Of a stretch of DNA of 64,000 nt, positions 28,901-40,723 are shown in pieces (the first letter of the stretch is position 1; each line of letters begins with the position of its first letter). The translations under genes and the position numbers were made by a program. Source of the stretch: Azolla caroliniana (Eukaryota > Plantae > Polypodiophyta); contig JBHGNT010000005.1 in assembly GCA_043228905.1 (NCBI GenBank), forward strand, positions 3,844,001-3,908,000. The letters are read 5' to 3'. The notes under the pieces are model-generated. The model had not been told where the DNA came from. It was given only the letters and a program-made list of their open reading frames with translations, and searched no databases.

Positions 28901-31900
28901 CACAAAAGACTCTTTATTCCACAAAGCAATAATACAACACCCAACCTTACAAAAAGGTTACAAGGTCACTATATATAGTGACCGACTTAGGGCAACTACC
29001 ATTTATGCTAATTACACAAATGGCCCGAAGGGATAGTGTGAATACGTCCATTATACACTTGTATTCGACACTCCCCCGTAATGGGCGTATACATGGGTTA
29101 TCTAAGATTACAGGTATAAACTTAGGTTCTCGGACATATCAGTTTTTGTTCGAGTCGGCAGGGTCCGAAGGCAGAAGACCGAACTGGTCGGGTCGGAAGA
29201 GTTGAAACCGATCATTAAGGAACTGATGTCGGTTGTCGGAAACCATCCTGCGCTGTGTCCGGCTCTAACCGGACTGGTTTGTCGTTACGCCCATCTGATG
29301 CCGAAGAGACCGAAAGCGGTCTGCCGAAAGACACTTGGTCATTCCATCTGCGACATTGTCGGTTGTGGATATTTTCTCTAGACCGATTTTCCCTGAAATG
29401 ACGCAGTCCCGAACGAAGTGATATCGAACGTCGATATGTTTGGAGGCGTTGTGGTGAACCGGATTTCTCGACAAGGCAACAACACCTTGACTGTCGCTAT
29501 AGACAACTGGGGCCGAGTCATGGTCGACTTGTCGAAACGTGTGCGCCAGCCGACCGAGCCACAAAGCTTCTTTTGCTGCGTCGGACGCAGCTACATATTC
29601 TGCTTCGGTCGTTGAGGTCGCTGTGCACTCCTGAAGTTTCGACTTCCACGAGATTGCTCCATTGCCGAATTTGAAGCAGTATCCGGTTGTTGATTTCCGA
29701 CTGTCTATACAGCCGGCGAAGTCCGAGTCGGTGTAACCGACTACGCCTGAGGTTCGGTTCGGACCGAAAAGAATGCCGTGGTCTTTTGTGCCACCCAGAT
29801 ATCTGAACACATGCTTGACTGCGTTCCAATGCGATCGGCCAGGATTGTGCATAAATCTGCTGACGACTCCTACGGCATGAGAGATATCCGGCCGTGTCGC
29901 GACCATCAGGTACATAAGGGAGCCGACTGCCGGTGCATACGGTACCGACTTCATATCTTCCCCCTCCGGACCGGATGTCGGGCAGTCTCGCTGAGAGAGC
30001 CGAAGATTCATGGGGAGCGGGGTTGAAGCAGATTTGGCTGATTGCATGTTGAAGCGTTCCAAGACACGTCCGATATAGTCGGTCTGAGACAAAAAAAGAT
30101 GTCGCTTATCGCGATGCCGACTAATCTTCATGCCAAGTATGTGTCGTGCCGGACCGAGGTCCTTCATGGCAAACTTCAACCGCAGTTGCCGAATGAGATC
30201 GGCAAGTTCGCCCGCGTGGCGTCCAGAAATTAGCATGTCGTCCACGTAAATGATGAGGAAGATGGGTGATCCATCTTGAGCTGTGTTGGTAAAAAGACAA
30301 TGGTCCTCATCGCTTTTTGAGAAGCCGATCGATTGGATGAAGTCGTCGAACTTCTTGTACCATTGTCGCGGTGCCTGTTAGAGGCCGTATAGACTCTTCC
30401 TGAGTCGGCAGACTAGATGTTCTTGGCCAGTTACCACGAAGCCTTTTGGCTGCTCCATATAAATTTCCTCTTCAAGATCACCATGGAGGAATGCTGTTTT
30501 GACATCTAGCTGAATCAGCTCCAAGTTGTCGGCTGCCACTACGCCGAGTAGAAAACGAAGGGTTGTCATTTTCACCACTGGTGAAAAAATCTCGTCGAAG
30601 TCGACGCCATATTCTTGTCGGAAGCCCTTCGCAACTAATCTGGCCTTGTACTTTGGGGTGGTCGAATCAGACGTCTCTTTTAGTCGATAAACCCACTTGC
30701 AAGGAAGAGCACGTCGATTCTTAGGTAATTCGACCAGATCCCAAGTCTTGTTTGCCCGAATGGAGTGCATTTCCGACTCCATCGCCAGATGCCAGGTGGC
30801 TGAATCGACAGATGTCGATGCTTCTTCGTAAGACGTCGGTTCGCCGGCGTCGGTGAAGAAAATTCCAGGAGAATACCTCTCCGGAGGTTGCGACAGTCTC
30901 TCGGATCGTCGAGGTATGATTGGACTGGTCGCATCGGGTATCAAGGTCGGATGGTCCGAAAGCGGATTGTTCTGCTGTGCCGAGTCGGGGTTGTCCGAGT
31001 CGGTAGTGTAAGGTTCAGCTACCCGTGAAGCTGACCGTGTGTTAAGAGCGGGGCCTTCTTGAAGGGTCGGCACATCGGAAAATGTTACCCTTCGGACTTC
31101 GATCGGTTTTTCGACTGATGGATTCATAGCCGACTCGTTGAACACAACGTCCGAACTTCGGACGATTTGTCTGCGTTCGGGATCCCAGAGTCGGTATCCC
31201 ATTTCGCCGTCGGATCCATATCCAAGGAAAATGCATTTCCTGGACCGAGGTGCAAGTTTTCGGCGATCATCTTTCGGATTAAGGGTGTACGCCTCGCATC
31301 CGAAGATCCTCAGCTTGTCGTAATTCGGCTTACTGCCGATCCATAGTTCCTGAGGAATTTGAAGTCCTAGAGGTCTACTTGGCGACATATTGATTATGTG
31401 TACTGCCGTGAGTAGAGCCTCTGCCCAGAAGCCATCCGACAGTCCGGAGTGTTGGAGCATGGAAACTATCCGTTCTTGGATTGTCCGATTCATGCGTTCG
31501 GCAATCCCGTTTTGCTCCGGGCTGTGTGGTGCCGTAAATTCACGTCGGATGCCGCGTTGTCGGCAGAATTTGACGAATTCTTCGGATTTGAACTCTCCCC
31601 CATTGTCTGTCCGAAAGCATTTCAACTTTCGGTCGGTTTGATTTTCTACCATAGCGAGCCAATCGGTGAAGATCGAGAAGACACGATCTTTGGTGCGAAT
31701 TGGATAAGCCCACACCTTTCGAGTCGAATCGTCAATAAAACTGACGAAGTAAGAGGCACCGCCTAGAGACTGATGCGGCATTGGGCCACAGACGTCCGAA
31801 TGGACTAAATCGAGAGGTCTCGTTTCTCTTGGTGCTGATGTCGGGTGTGATGCGGCTGCTTGTTTGCCATACTGGCAATGCTCGCAGAATTGATGGTCGG

Positions 31901-34058
31901 AGAAGGAGAGTTTGGGGATGTATCCGGCTCTAGATAGATGCGTAATGCCGTCCTTGCTGAGGTGTCCTAATCTTCGGTGCCATAGTGATGACACAGGAAT
32001 ATCCACCAAAAACAGGTTACCCTCTCTGAGCGTAACATGTAACGGATACAGTGAGTGTATCTTGGGTCCTCTAGCAAGCAAGAGGTTCCCCCTGTGGAGT
32101 GTCCACCCTCCCGAAGAAAAACCGGCACGAATGCCGTCTTCATCTAGTTGTCCGACTGAGATCAATGGCCTTGAGAGCTCGGGTACATGTCGGACATTGT
32201 GAAGTACAAGTGTAGAGCCACCTGCAAGGTTGAGCTCTACTGTGCCGATTCCGATGATGTCACAGTGTTGTGAGTTGCCGACTCGAACTGAGTCGGAGTG
32301 ACGGATCGTATATTGCCGAAATTGGGATCTATGAGGAGTCACGTGAAATGACGCACCCGAATCCAAGAGCCATGTGCTCGATTCTTCAGTCGTGAGCAGA
32401 ACTTCTGAGCCGACTGGATTTTCGATTGATAGTATATTCGGGTCGTTTGGTAGCACATCAGCTGAGAAGCTGACGTAATTGATCTCCTCATGCCGGCCAC
32501 TCTTCTTGTTGTTCTTGTTCTTGAGTGCGCGGCAGTCGGCTTTGATGTGTCCGGGTTTCTTGCAATAGTTGCAGATTCGGTTATCCCGTGACTGGCTCCG
32601 TCTTCGCTGATTGTTCGGCGGCCGTGAGGAATCTCTTCCTCGTATGTTCGATCGGTCTGTCGAACCTTGTACTACGTAAGCGTCGTCTGTTGAGTCTTTG
32701 GCGAAAGACTTTCTCCGAGCTGCTTCGGTCAGGATTGCGCTCGTGACTTCGGAGTATTTAACAGCCGTGGTTGACGCGTTGCACACTGTTGTGACGAAAG
32801 TTTCCCATGATGAGGGAAGGCTGCTCATGAGTATCATTGCTCTGAGTTCATCCTCGATTGCCGTCCCCTGTGACGAGATTTGGGAGCTTATGCTTTCGTA
32901 CTCATTGAGATGTGCTTGAACCGAATCGGATTCTTTCATCCGCAAGTTGTAGAGGCGCCGGATCAGAAACATCTTCGTTGCGGCGACCTTCTTTTCGTAA
33001 GTGTCCGATAGTGTTTTCCACAGTTCGAATGCTGTCGTACACGATTGCACCGTAAAGTATACCGATTCCGATAGGTGCATCCGAATTGTGGCGCGGACGA
33101 TTCTGTCCAGCTTCTGCCACTCAATTGGTTTGTATCCTTCTGGAGGTTCTTCATTTTCGATGGGATCGATTTGCCCCTTGACTATGAGATAGTCTTGCAT
33201 TTGCTCCTTCCAGAAGTTGAAGTTCGATCCATCGAACTTTCGTAGACTCATTTCTGACGAGCCGGATGTTGATGCCATCAAATTTGGTTTCGGTTGACGG
33301 AGCTCGGTTCGGAGTTGACTACGAACCTTGTTGGAGTGCAGCCGGTTGGCTCACCCGATATCGTTCTAGTCGGATTTGAACCCGAGTCGGTTTGGCTTCG
33401 GATATATGTATTGTTGAACTTGCTCGAATTGACTCCGGTAACTTGAGGGACAGAACCGACTGGTCTTCCCGAATGTTGCCGAGTCGGAGTGAGCCCGGTT
33501 CGCTTCGGATATATATGCCGAATACCGATTATTGAAACCGATTGTCTGGACCGATTCTGCTTCGGGTGGCTGCAGCGACGAGAGAGACAGATCCAACTGA
33601 TCCTCTCGAATGTCGATCAGCCGGATGAAGCACGAATTGGGGTTGTTGTCTTGAGACCGATCTGCACCGAGTGGTTACAATGAGCGGCGAGCAGCGTTTG
33701 ATGACCTCTTCGGATGCCGTTTAACCGAGTGGAGCACGATCGTGTCAATGTTGCACAAGGGGATTTCACCTCGAGCGGTTACGATCACAAGGAACAGAGT
33801 ACAACCTGTTGGCTTACTCCAAGCGAAGATGATCTAACGCGATGAGATGCGAGCCTCGTTTTTCTTCTTCTTCTCTCTTCTTCGAATGACGCAAGAAACC
33901 GAATGCTGTGCAGGCTGAGACGACGTCCGACAGCGGATTGAAGGACCAAATACTGTGCAGGCTCTGATACCAGATGTTGGAGACAAAGTCGTCTATGCGG
34001 AAGATCAAGTAGCATTCGATTCTGTTCTGTACCTGCGTATGACAGTTTCTAGGTCGTT

Positions 34059-34097
<39 letters not shown>

Positions 34098-34267
34098 CAC
34101 AAAAGACTCTTTATTCCACAAAGCAATAATACAACACCCAACCTTACAAAAAGGTTACAAGGTCACTATATATAGTGACCGACTTAGGGCAACTACCATT
34201 TATGCTAATTACACAAATGGCCCGAAGGGATAGTGTGAATACGTCCATTATACACTTGTATTCGACA
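28778..34267 (-). mobile_element. Full-length young Ty1/Copia element (Tnt1/Tork-like)
   Basis: 293-bp LTRs at 28778-29070 and 33975-34267 appear identical. TSD GACAA, PBS TGGTATCAGAGC (tRNA-iMet) at 33972-33961, and PPT GGGGGAG next to the left LTR. Confidence 0.97.
29265..33281 (-). pseudogene. Copia gag-pol polyprotein with one in-frame stop at 30378-30380
   Basis: CNYCKKPGHIKADC, WLLDSGASFH, LWHRRLGH, LVHSDVCGP, RTDNGGEF, QLDVKTAFLHG, YVDD, GYTDSDFAG and KHIDVRYHFVRD are all in one frame. LYGL-TAA-QAPRQW replaces LYGLKQAPRQW. Confidence 0.95.
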
Positions 34268-34734
34268 GACAACACAGCACACCCGGACGAAAGAAGAAAA
34301 CACCCAATTACGGGAGGAAGCGAAAAAATCGGAAGCGGCAATCGCGGGACTCCAAGCCTTATTAGAGAAAAAGAAAGCATGGTTTGACGATCAGTTGGTA
34401 GGAGAACATGAGAGAAGGCATCAACTAGAAATCCGCCTAAACAATGAAATGGGAAAACTAGAAGAACTACATACGAAGGAATCCCAGCTTTGGGCAAGTA
34501 TGAGGAGCACATATGAAGAAGCGGCGGCAGTTCATCAGCAAGAAATTGCAAACCTCAAAAAATCTGTAGAAGAAGCACGCAATCGTTGCCAAGCCATCAC
34601 AGACAACGTGCGTATCCTTTTGCAAACGAATCGGGAGAGGTTTACGACGCAATTAAAAGCGGCGCTAGACAACGGATGGATGGCGTGGGCGGCACAAGTG
34701 GCGGAATTACATACTATTGAGTGGCAAGCTCAAA

Positions 34735-37700
34735 TGGAACCGGATCGATTGAATAAGCCTGAGCCGGCAAGCGAGACAGATCAGTAAGCTGTGAGCAACC
34801 GAGCCGGCAAGCAACATGGCCGGTGAGCTGGGGAGTCGATTAGCCGAATCCAATCAATAACCGGAAGCCTAGTATTAGCGTAGACTACTAGGCAATTATA
34901 GTCTCATAGTAAGTGTCAGATGCTTGTGTGAGCATTGAAGTACGCGGTACTTCCGTCAGTCCCACGAGGACTTGTATAAATAATGCTACTGAGCATAGTT
35001 GTATGTACAGAGTGTTTTTATTGTTTTTGAATATAGCCTTGAAGTTCTGCTCTCTCTGTCTCTCTTGTGTACTCTGTGTATTCCCTACCTTCTCTGTTTT
35101 CTAACGCTTCCGCAAGTAATCGTTTACATGGTATCAGAGCGCGAGGGTTGAGAACCTCTGAAGCCGATAAACACTTGAAAGCAAAGCCTAACATGTCGTA
35201 AAACAACAGACAGAGAAGTGATGGATAGAGGGATGGCTAGCTCGCTCCTTGTGGAGAAACTCAACAGATCCAACTCTGCATCTTGGTCGTATAAGATGCA
35301 CCAGTACTTGCTTGGGCATAGCTACTGGAGTTTCGTCAAAGGAGCCAACGAAACAGCACCTAATGTGGAACATAAGGACTTCCTAGTGTGGGAATAATCG
35401 GCAAGCAGAGTGATGTATTGCTTCGCGTCTAGTGTTGGAGACCAGCTGCTGAGCCACATCCGAGACGCCAAGACGCCGAAGGAGGCTTGGGGGAACCTGA
35501 AGAAGGTTTTTGCCATGAGCACTACCAGCCTGGAAGCTGCAACTCCGACAGTCGGTGGTGGATTACACGGCCCGGATCAAAGAGATCTGTGACTTGCTTG
35601 CCTCTATCAACGTTACCGTGGAGGAAGACGAGATGGTACAGGTCTGTCTTGGGGGCCTGGCATCTAAGTTCAGAGCGTTCCGAACGGCAATGTGTACAAG
35701 GGAGAATACACCGTCATTTTTCGACTTATAGTCAATGCTCCTTGTAGAGGACAGCCACGCCGGTGCGTCAACTAGCGCACCCACTGACAGCCGGTTGTTG
35801 TACACGGAGGCGGATCGGTCCCGTGGGCGTGGTGGACGAGGCGGGTCGGCACGCAATGGAGGCGCCCGGCAAGAGCAAGAACGAAGGCACAGAGAACGTG
35901 CCGACAGCGGTTCCGGGACTCCCACACCGGAAGACGCCAAGAGAAGTCAGCAACGAAATGTTGGTACTATGGAAAAAAGGGCCACAGAGAAAGCGAGTGC
36001 TGGAGAAAACGAGCCGATTCGGACAAATCCGGATCCGGCAAGGCCGGCAAGGATGGCCACAAAGCTCGCACTACGCGAAGGGATCGGGAGGATCGAAGAA
36101 CGGCAATGGGCCAGCCTTGGTGATGAAGCACGAGGCGAACTCGATGAAAAAGACCACCTCCAAATCGGAGGAAGTGTGGTATGTTGATTCCGGCGCGTCA
36201 AACCATATGACGAACCACAAAGAGTGGTTCTCCTTTTTGGAGAAACCGGATCAACCAAGAGTAGTCGAAACCGGAGACGACACTCCTCACCCAATTGTGC
36301 ATGTCGGAGAAGTCCATTTGAGCCACGTCGGACAAAAGGGGAAGCTGATGAACGTATTACATGTTCCGACAATCACGAAGAACCTGGTGTCGGTCGAACA
36401 TATCGTCGACCAAGGGATGCAGGTGCGGTTTATGCACCTCGGGTGCTTCATCGAGGAAGAGGGCCATATTATTGCGCAAGGGCGTAGAGACGAGAGGATG
36501 TTTATCCTCGACACCAATGACGTCGGCACCGCTCTATTTGCAAAAGGATAGAAAGTCGAATCGGACATCGACCTGTGGCACAAGCGGATAGGCCACGTCA
36601 ATTACAAGAGGCTTCAAGACCTGCAAACGAAACTAGTTGTTTTCGATTTGCCGAAGTTTAGCGACCGGAAGGCCCAAGTATGTGAAACCTGCCAACTCGG
36701 GAAGCAACACCAGCTTCCATTCCCCACCGAACGTAATCAAAGCCGTAACAAGCTCGACCTTATCCATTCGGATGTGTGGGGACCAGCACAAAATGTTAGT
36801 CTTGGCGGGAGTCGATATTTCGTCTCCTTCATCAACGACTATATGCGGTACACATGGGTCTACCTCATTGAGCGTAAGAGTGAAGTCTTTGAGTGTTTTC
36901 GGAGTCTCCAAAGCATGGTGGAACGGGAATCAGAGAGGAAATTCAAATGCATGTGGTCGGATGGCAGGAAAGAATACTTTTCCGGCCAATTCAATAGTTA
37001 TCTGCAGCAAACGAGAATTCGGCGAGAGTTCAGGTGCAGATACACACTGCAATAGAACGGTGTTGCCGAGAGGAAGAACCGGTTGCTTATCGATGCGGCA
37101 AGGGCAATGCTGGAGAAGAAGAGCATGCCCAAATTCTACTGGGAGGAGGCAGTCTGAACGACTGTCTACATCCAGAACCGGATCAGTGACAAGGTGTCAG
37201 CTCACGAGTTTTATTTCGGGCGGAAGCCGAATTTGAGACACCTTAAGATCTTCGGTAGCATTGCATTTGTGCATGTACCGAATGAGAAGCGGAGGAAGTT
37301 GGATGCAAAATCGGAAAAATGCATCCTAATCGGTTATGCTCAAGAGCAGAAAGGTTATAAGTGTTATAACCCCCGGACAAAGCAGGTCCGAGTTAGTTGA
37401 GATGTCGAGTTCGATGAATCGGCATCGTGGTACTCCTTACCGGCTCCAACTTCCGAATCCGACCCGGTGCCGGTGGATGAGGCTAGTGAGCCTGAACCGG
37501 CCCAGGTAGAGGATGATGAAGCGTGGACTCAGGATGAGAGTCTGGAATCATTCTAGTTGAGCGGGCCAAACGAGAGACTGAGTCAATCTGACCAGTCTGA
37601 TGAGGAACCGGCGAGTAGTGGAGACTTTGTCGTGCACTCCCCTCGCAAGGAACCGAGGCGATGGTTCACGCGCAAGGAGAAGGGTAAGAAGAAGATGCCG

Positions 37701-39945
37701 GAATTCGAAACCGGCAACGATGAGTCAGATCAGTGTGCATCCGACTCCGGCAAGGAGAAAGGCAGATCTTCGACAACGAAGACCGAACCGGCCAAGAAGG
37801 GCCTCAAACCGGGTAACAATGAGTTATGTCGGTCCACCCGCCAGAAGGATCCCGTCAAGCGGTACGGGTATAATGAGTACATGGCGCATCACTATGCGTA
37901 CATGACTAAGGTGGCGGAAGTGCATGAGGCGGAGAGCTACGCAGAAGCGGCCAAGGACACCAATTGGTGTGCCGCTATGGAGGAAGAAATGCGGGCACTT
38001 GATGTCAACAAGACATGGGACTTGGGTGACCCTCCTCGTCACTGTAAACCGATCAGATGCAAGTGGATATACAAGGTAAAGTACAACGCCGACGGTTCTG
38101 TTAACCAGTATAAAGCCTGATTAGTGGCGAAGGGATACGCGCAGACCCACGGAATCGACTACGAAGAGACCTTCGCTCTGGTATCTTCACCAGATGGATG
38201 TGAAGAATGCGTTTCTTCATGGTGATCTTGAAGAAGAAGTCTTTATGACCCAGCCCCCCGGCTTTCAATCGGAGATGAACAAGTCAGTGCTATGCCGACT
38301 GAAGAAGTCGTTGTACGGCTTGAAACAAGCCCCTCGAGCTTGGAATGCGAAGATCATGCACCTGTTGCGTAAGATGGGGTTTGTGGCCTCCAAATCGGAC
38401 TCTTCGTTGTTCATCCGGCAAGGCTCAGCCGACCCGGTATGTATATTGTTGTATGTTAATGATCTAGTCATCACCGGACCGGGTGTTCCAGAAATCAGAC
38501 GTGTCAAGTCCCTGTTGACGGACGCATTTGAGATGAAGGACCTGGGGGACTTTCATTATTTTCTTGGGATCGAGGTGATCCGAACCCCCAACAGCATATT
38601 ACTCTCACAACGACATTACGTCTCGAATATGCTATACAAGTTCGGCATGACAGAATGCCGACCTGTCTCCACACCCTTCGACCGGTACCAGAAGCTCCGT
38701 CCCAACTCTGGTCCGACCTACAACGAGAAACGGTTTTGACAAATTGTCGGAAGCCTTATTTACCTGACATCAACTATCCGGTCGGGATGATAAGTCAGTT
38801 CATGCAGAAGCCGACCGTGGAGCACCTTCAGTGCGCGCAATGGATATTGCGATATGTAAACGGCACGAAGGACTGAGGACTGTTATACCAGCGAGGTATA
38901 ACCGAAGAGCTCGTCAGTTACACGGATGCCGACTGGGCCGATGATGCATCAGATCGCTGATGAACCTCTGGTTACATGTTTTCCCTAGGTAGTGCGGCTG
39001 TTGCATCGAGCAGCAAAAAGCAGCCAACAGTTGCTCTGTCGAGCACTTAGGCTGAGTATCGGGGCGCTACCATTGCCACCTGTGAAGCCATTTGGCTTCA
39101 GCGACTGTTGCAAGACTTACGGATCGAGGTACCGACCCCGATTCTGGTCTACTGAGACAACATAAGCAACATACAACTGGCAGAGAACCCTGTGTTCCAT
39201 GCTCGCACGAAGCACATAGAAGTGCATTATCACTTTGTGCGTGAGCGGGTCCTGAGCAGTGAAGTTGAACTACGGTATGTTCACACGGATCGGCAAGTTG
39301 CCGACATCTTCACCAAGCCGCTTGGATCAGACAATTTGCAACACTTTACCAACATGCTTGGTGTTCAGCATCTCGACATGCCACACTTGAGGGGGAGAAC
39401 GGGCAGAGACACCGGAACAGGCAAAGGCAAAGAAACTGTCGATTGCACCAGTGAGGGAAGAACAGAAGGCGGCAAAGTCAAGAAAGACAAAGCCGACTGA
39501 AGGAAGAAGGCCAAGACCCGGACATGGTCCGATGTGGTGAAGGGCTTGGAACCATAAGACGAATCGGGAGCAACCGATTCGGACAAGAGCTGGAACGAAT
39601 CGGAGACAGTCGATTCGGTTCAAAAGACAAATTCGGAAGAACCGGATCAATTCAAGGCCAAGCAGACACGGATGCAGCGGAAGTCGATGCCATCGTGGAG
39701 AAATCGACGGATTGATAAGCGCCGGAGTCATAGCAGCGAAGCAGCTGAGAGGGGCCTATTGAGCAAACATACCGACTGAGAAGGTCGAGGCGCGCAGAAC
39801 AAGAGGGGTCGCGGCAAACAAAACCGGACCGGACGAGGAGCATGAGCAAAGCGAAGCGACGCCAGGAGAGGTCGGTTGGAAGAACCGGCTGCCACAGAGA
39901 CTGACACTAATATCCAACCTCAAGCCGGCAAATCACGCAAGCCGG
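34735..39945 (+). mobile_element. Degenerate Ty1/Copia element with uncertain ends
   Basis: LTR end ..TTTACA at 35128 followed by PBS TGGTATCAGAGC (35129-35140). Motifs WYVDSGASNHMT, WHKRIGH, LIHSDVWGP, MDVKNAFLHGDL, LLYVNDL and HARTKHIEVHYHFVRE. It has many stops and frameshifts, and no matching 3' LTR or TSD was found. Confidence 0.85.
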
Positions 39946-40723
39946 TAGCACGCGAACAAACGAGGAATCCATCGCAACACCAATTTAGGAGACTACCGAA
40001 CAAGAGGAACCTCAGGCCGTGTCACCAGAAATTACCACTACGGTAAACAGCGTGGAACGACGAGTAGAGTCCCCCGCAATATTAGACAAAGAAACCACTG
40101 CCCAAGTGGAACCCCAACAACCGGAGCATACGCTTACGGCCGACAACACGGAGAACATCCCGAACCAAGAGGAACCGCAAACCCACTCCCCAGAGCGTAC
40201 AACGGCGGTCGACATCACAGGGGAAGTGACGGACGAACCCGCACCGTGACCTACCACAAGCTCGCGGACGGCTGAACCAAACCCCCTCGCCCAAGAAGAG
40301 CCCACAAAATCTGGCCCACCCACACAGGATGATCACGAAACCAGGAGAAGCTCTCCAGACCAGGCAAGGGAACCACACAACGACGCGCCTACGGGCCCTT
40401 TGCCGTCCCCAGACACAGACACCATAGCAGAACCAAACTTCAAGGTCATTTTGGAGGAAGATTAAAGGGATGGGTCTGACGTTGTCATGAAGATTTTCGT
40501 CCATAGGCGGAAACCGGGGTGGAAAGGGCAAGTCGGTGGTGTGCAACATGTGCACACGTATACTAGGAAATGGTGTATAGAAATAGGAGGGGAAATTTTA
40601 TCCCACATTGTAAGGTCCCTCCCTCCTTGGGCTATAAAACAAAGGGAGGGGTTGCTTATTTTGCGTATGAAAGGTATACCACTTAGTCTAGAGTTCTTAC
40701 TGTTTTAGGGTTAGGGTTTCGTT

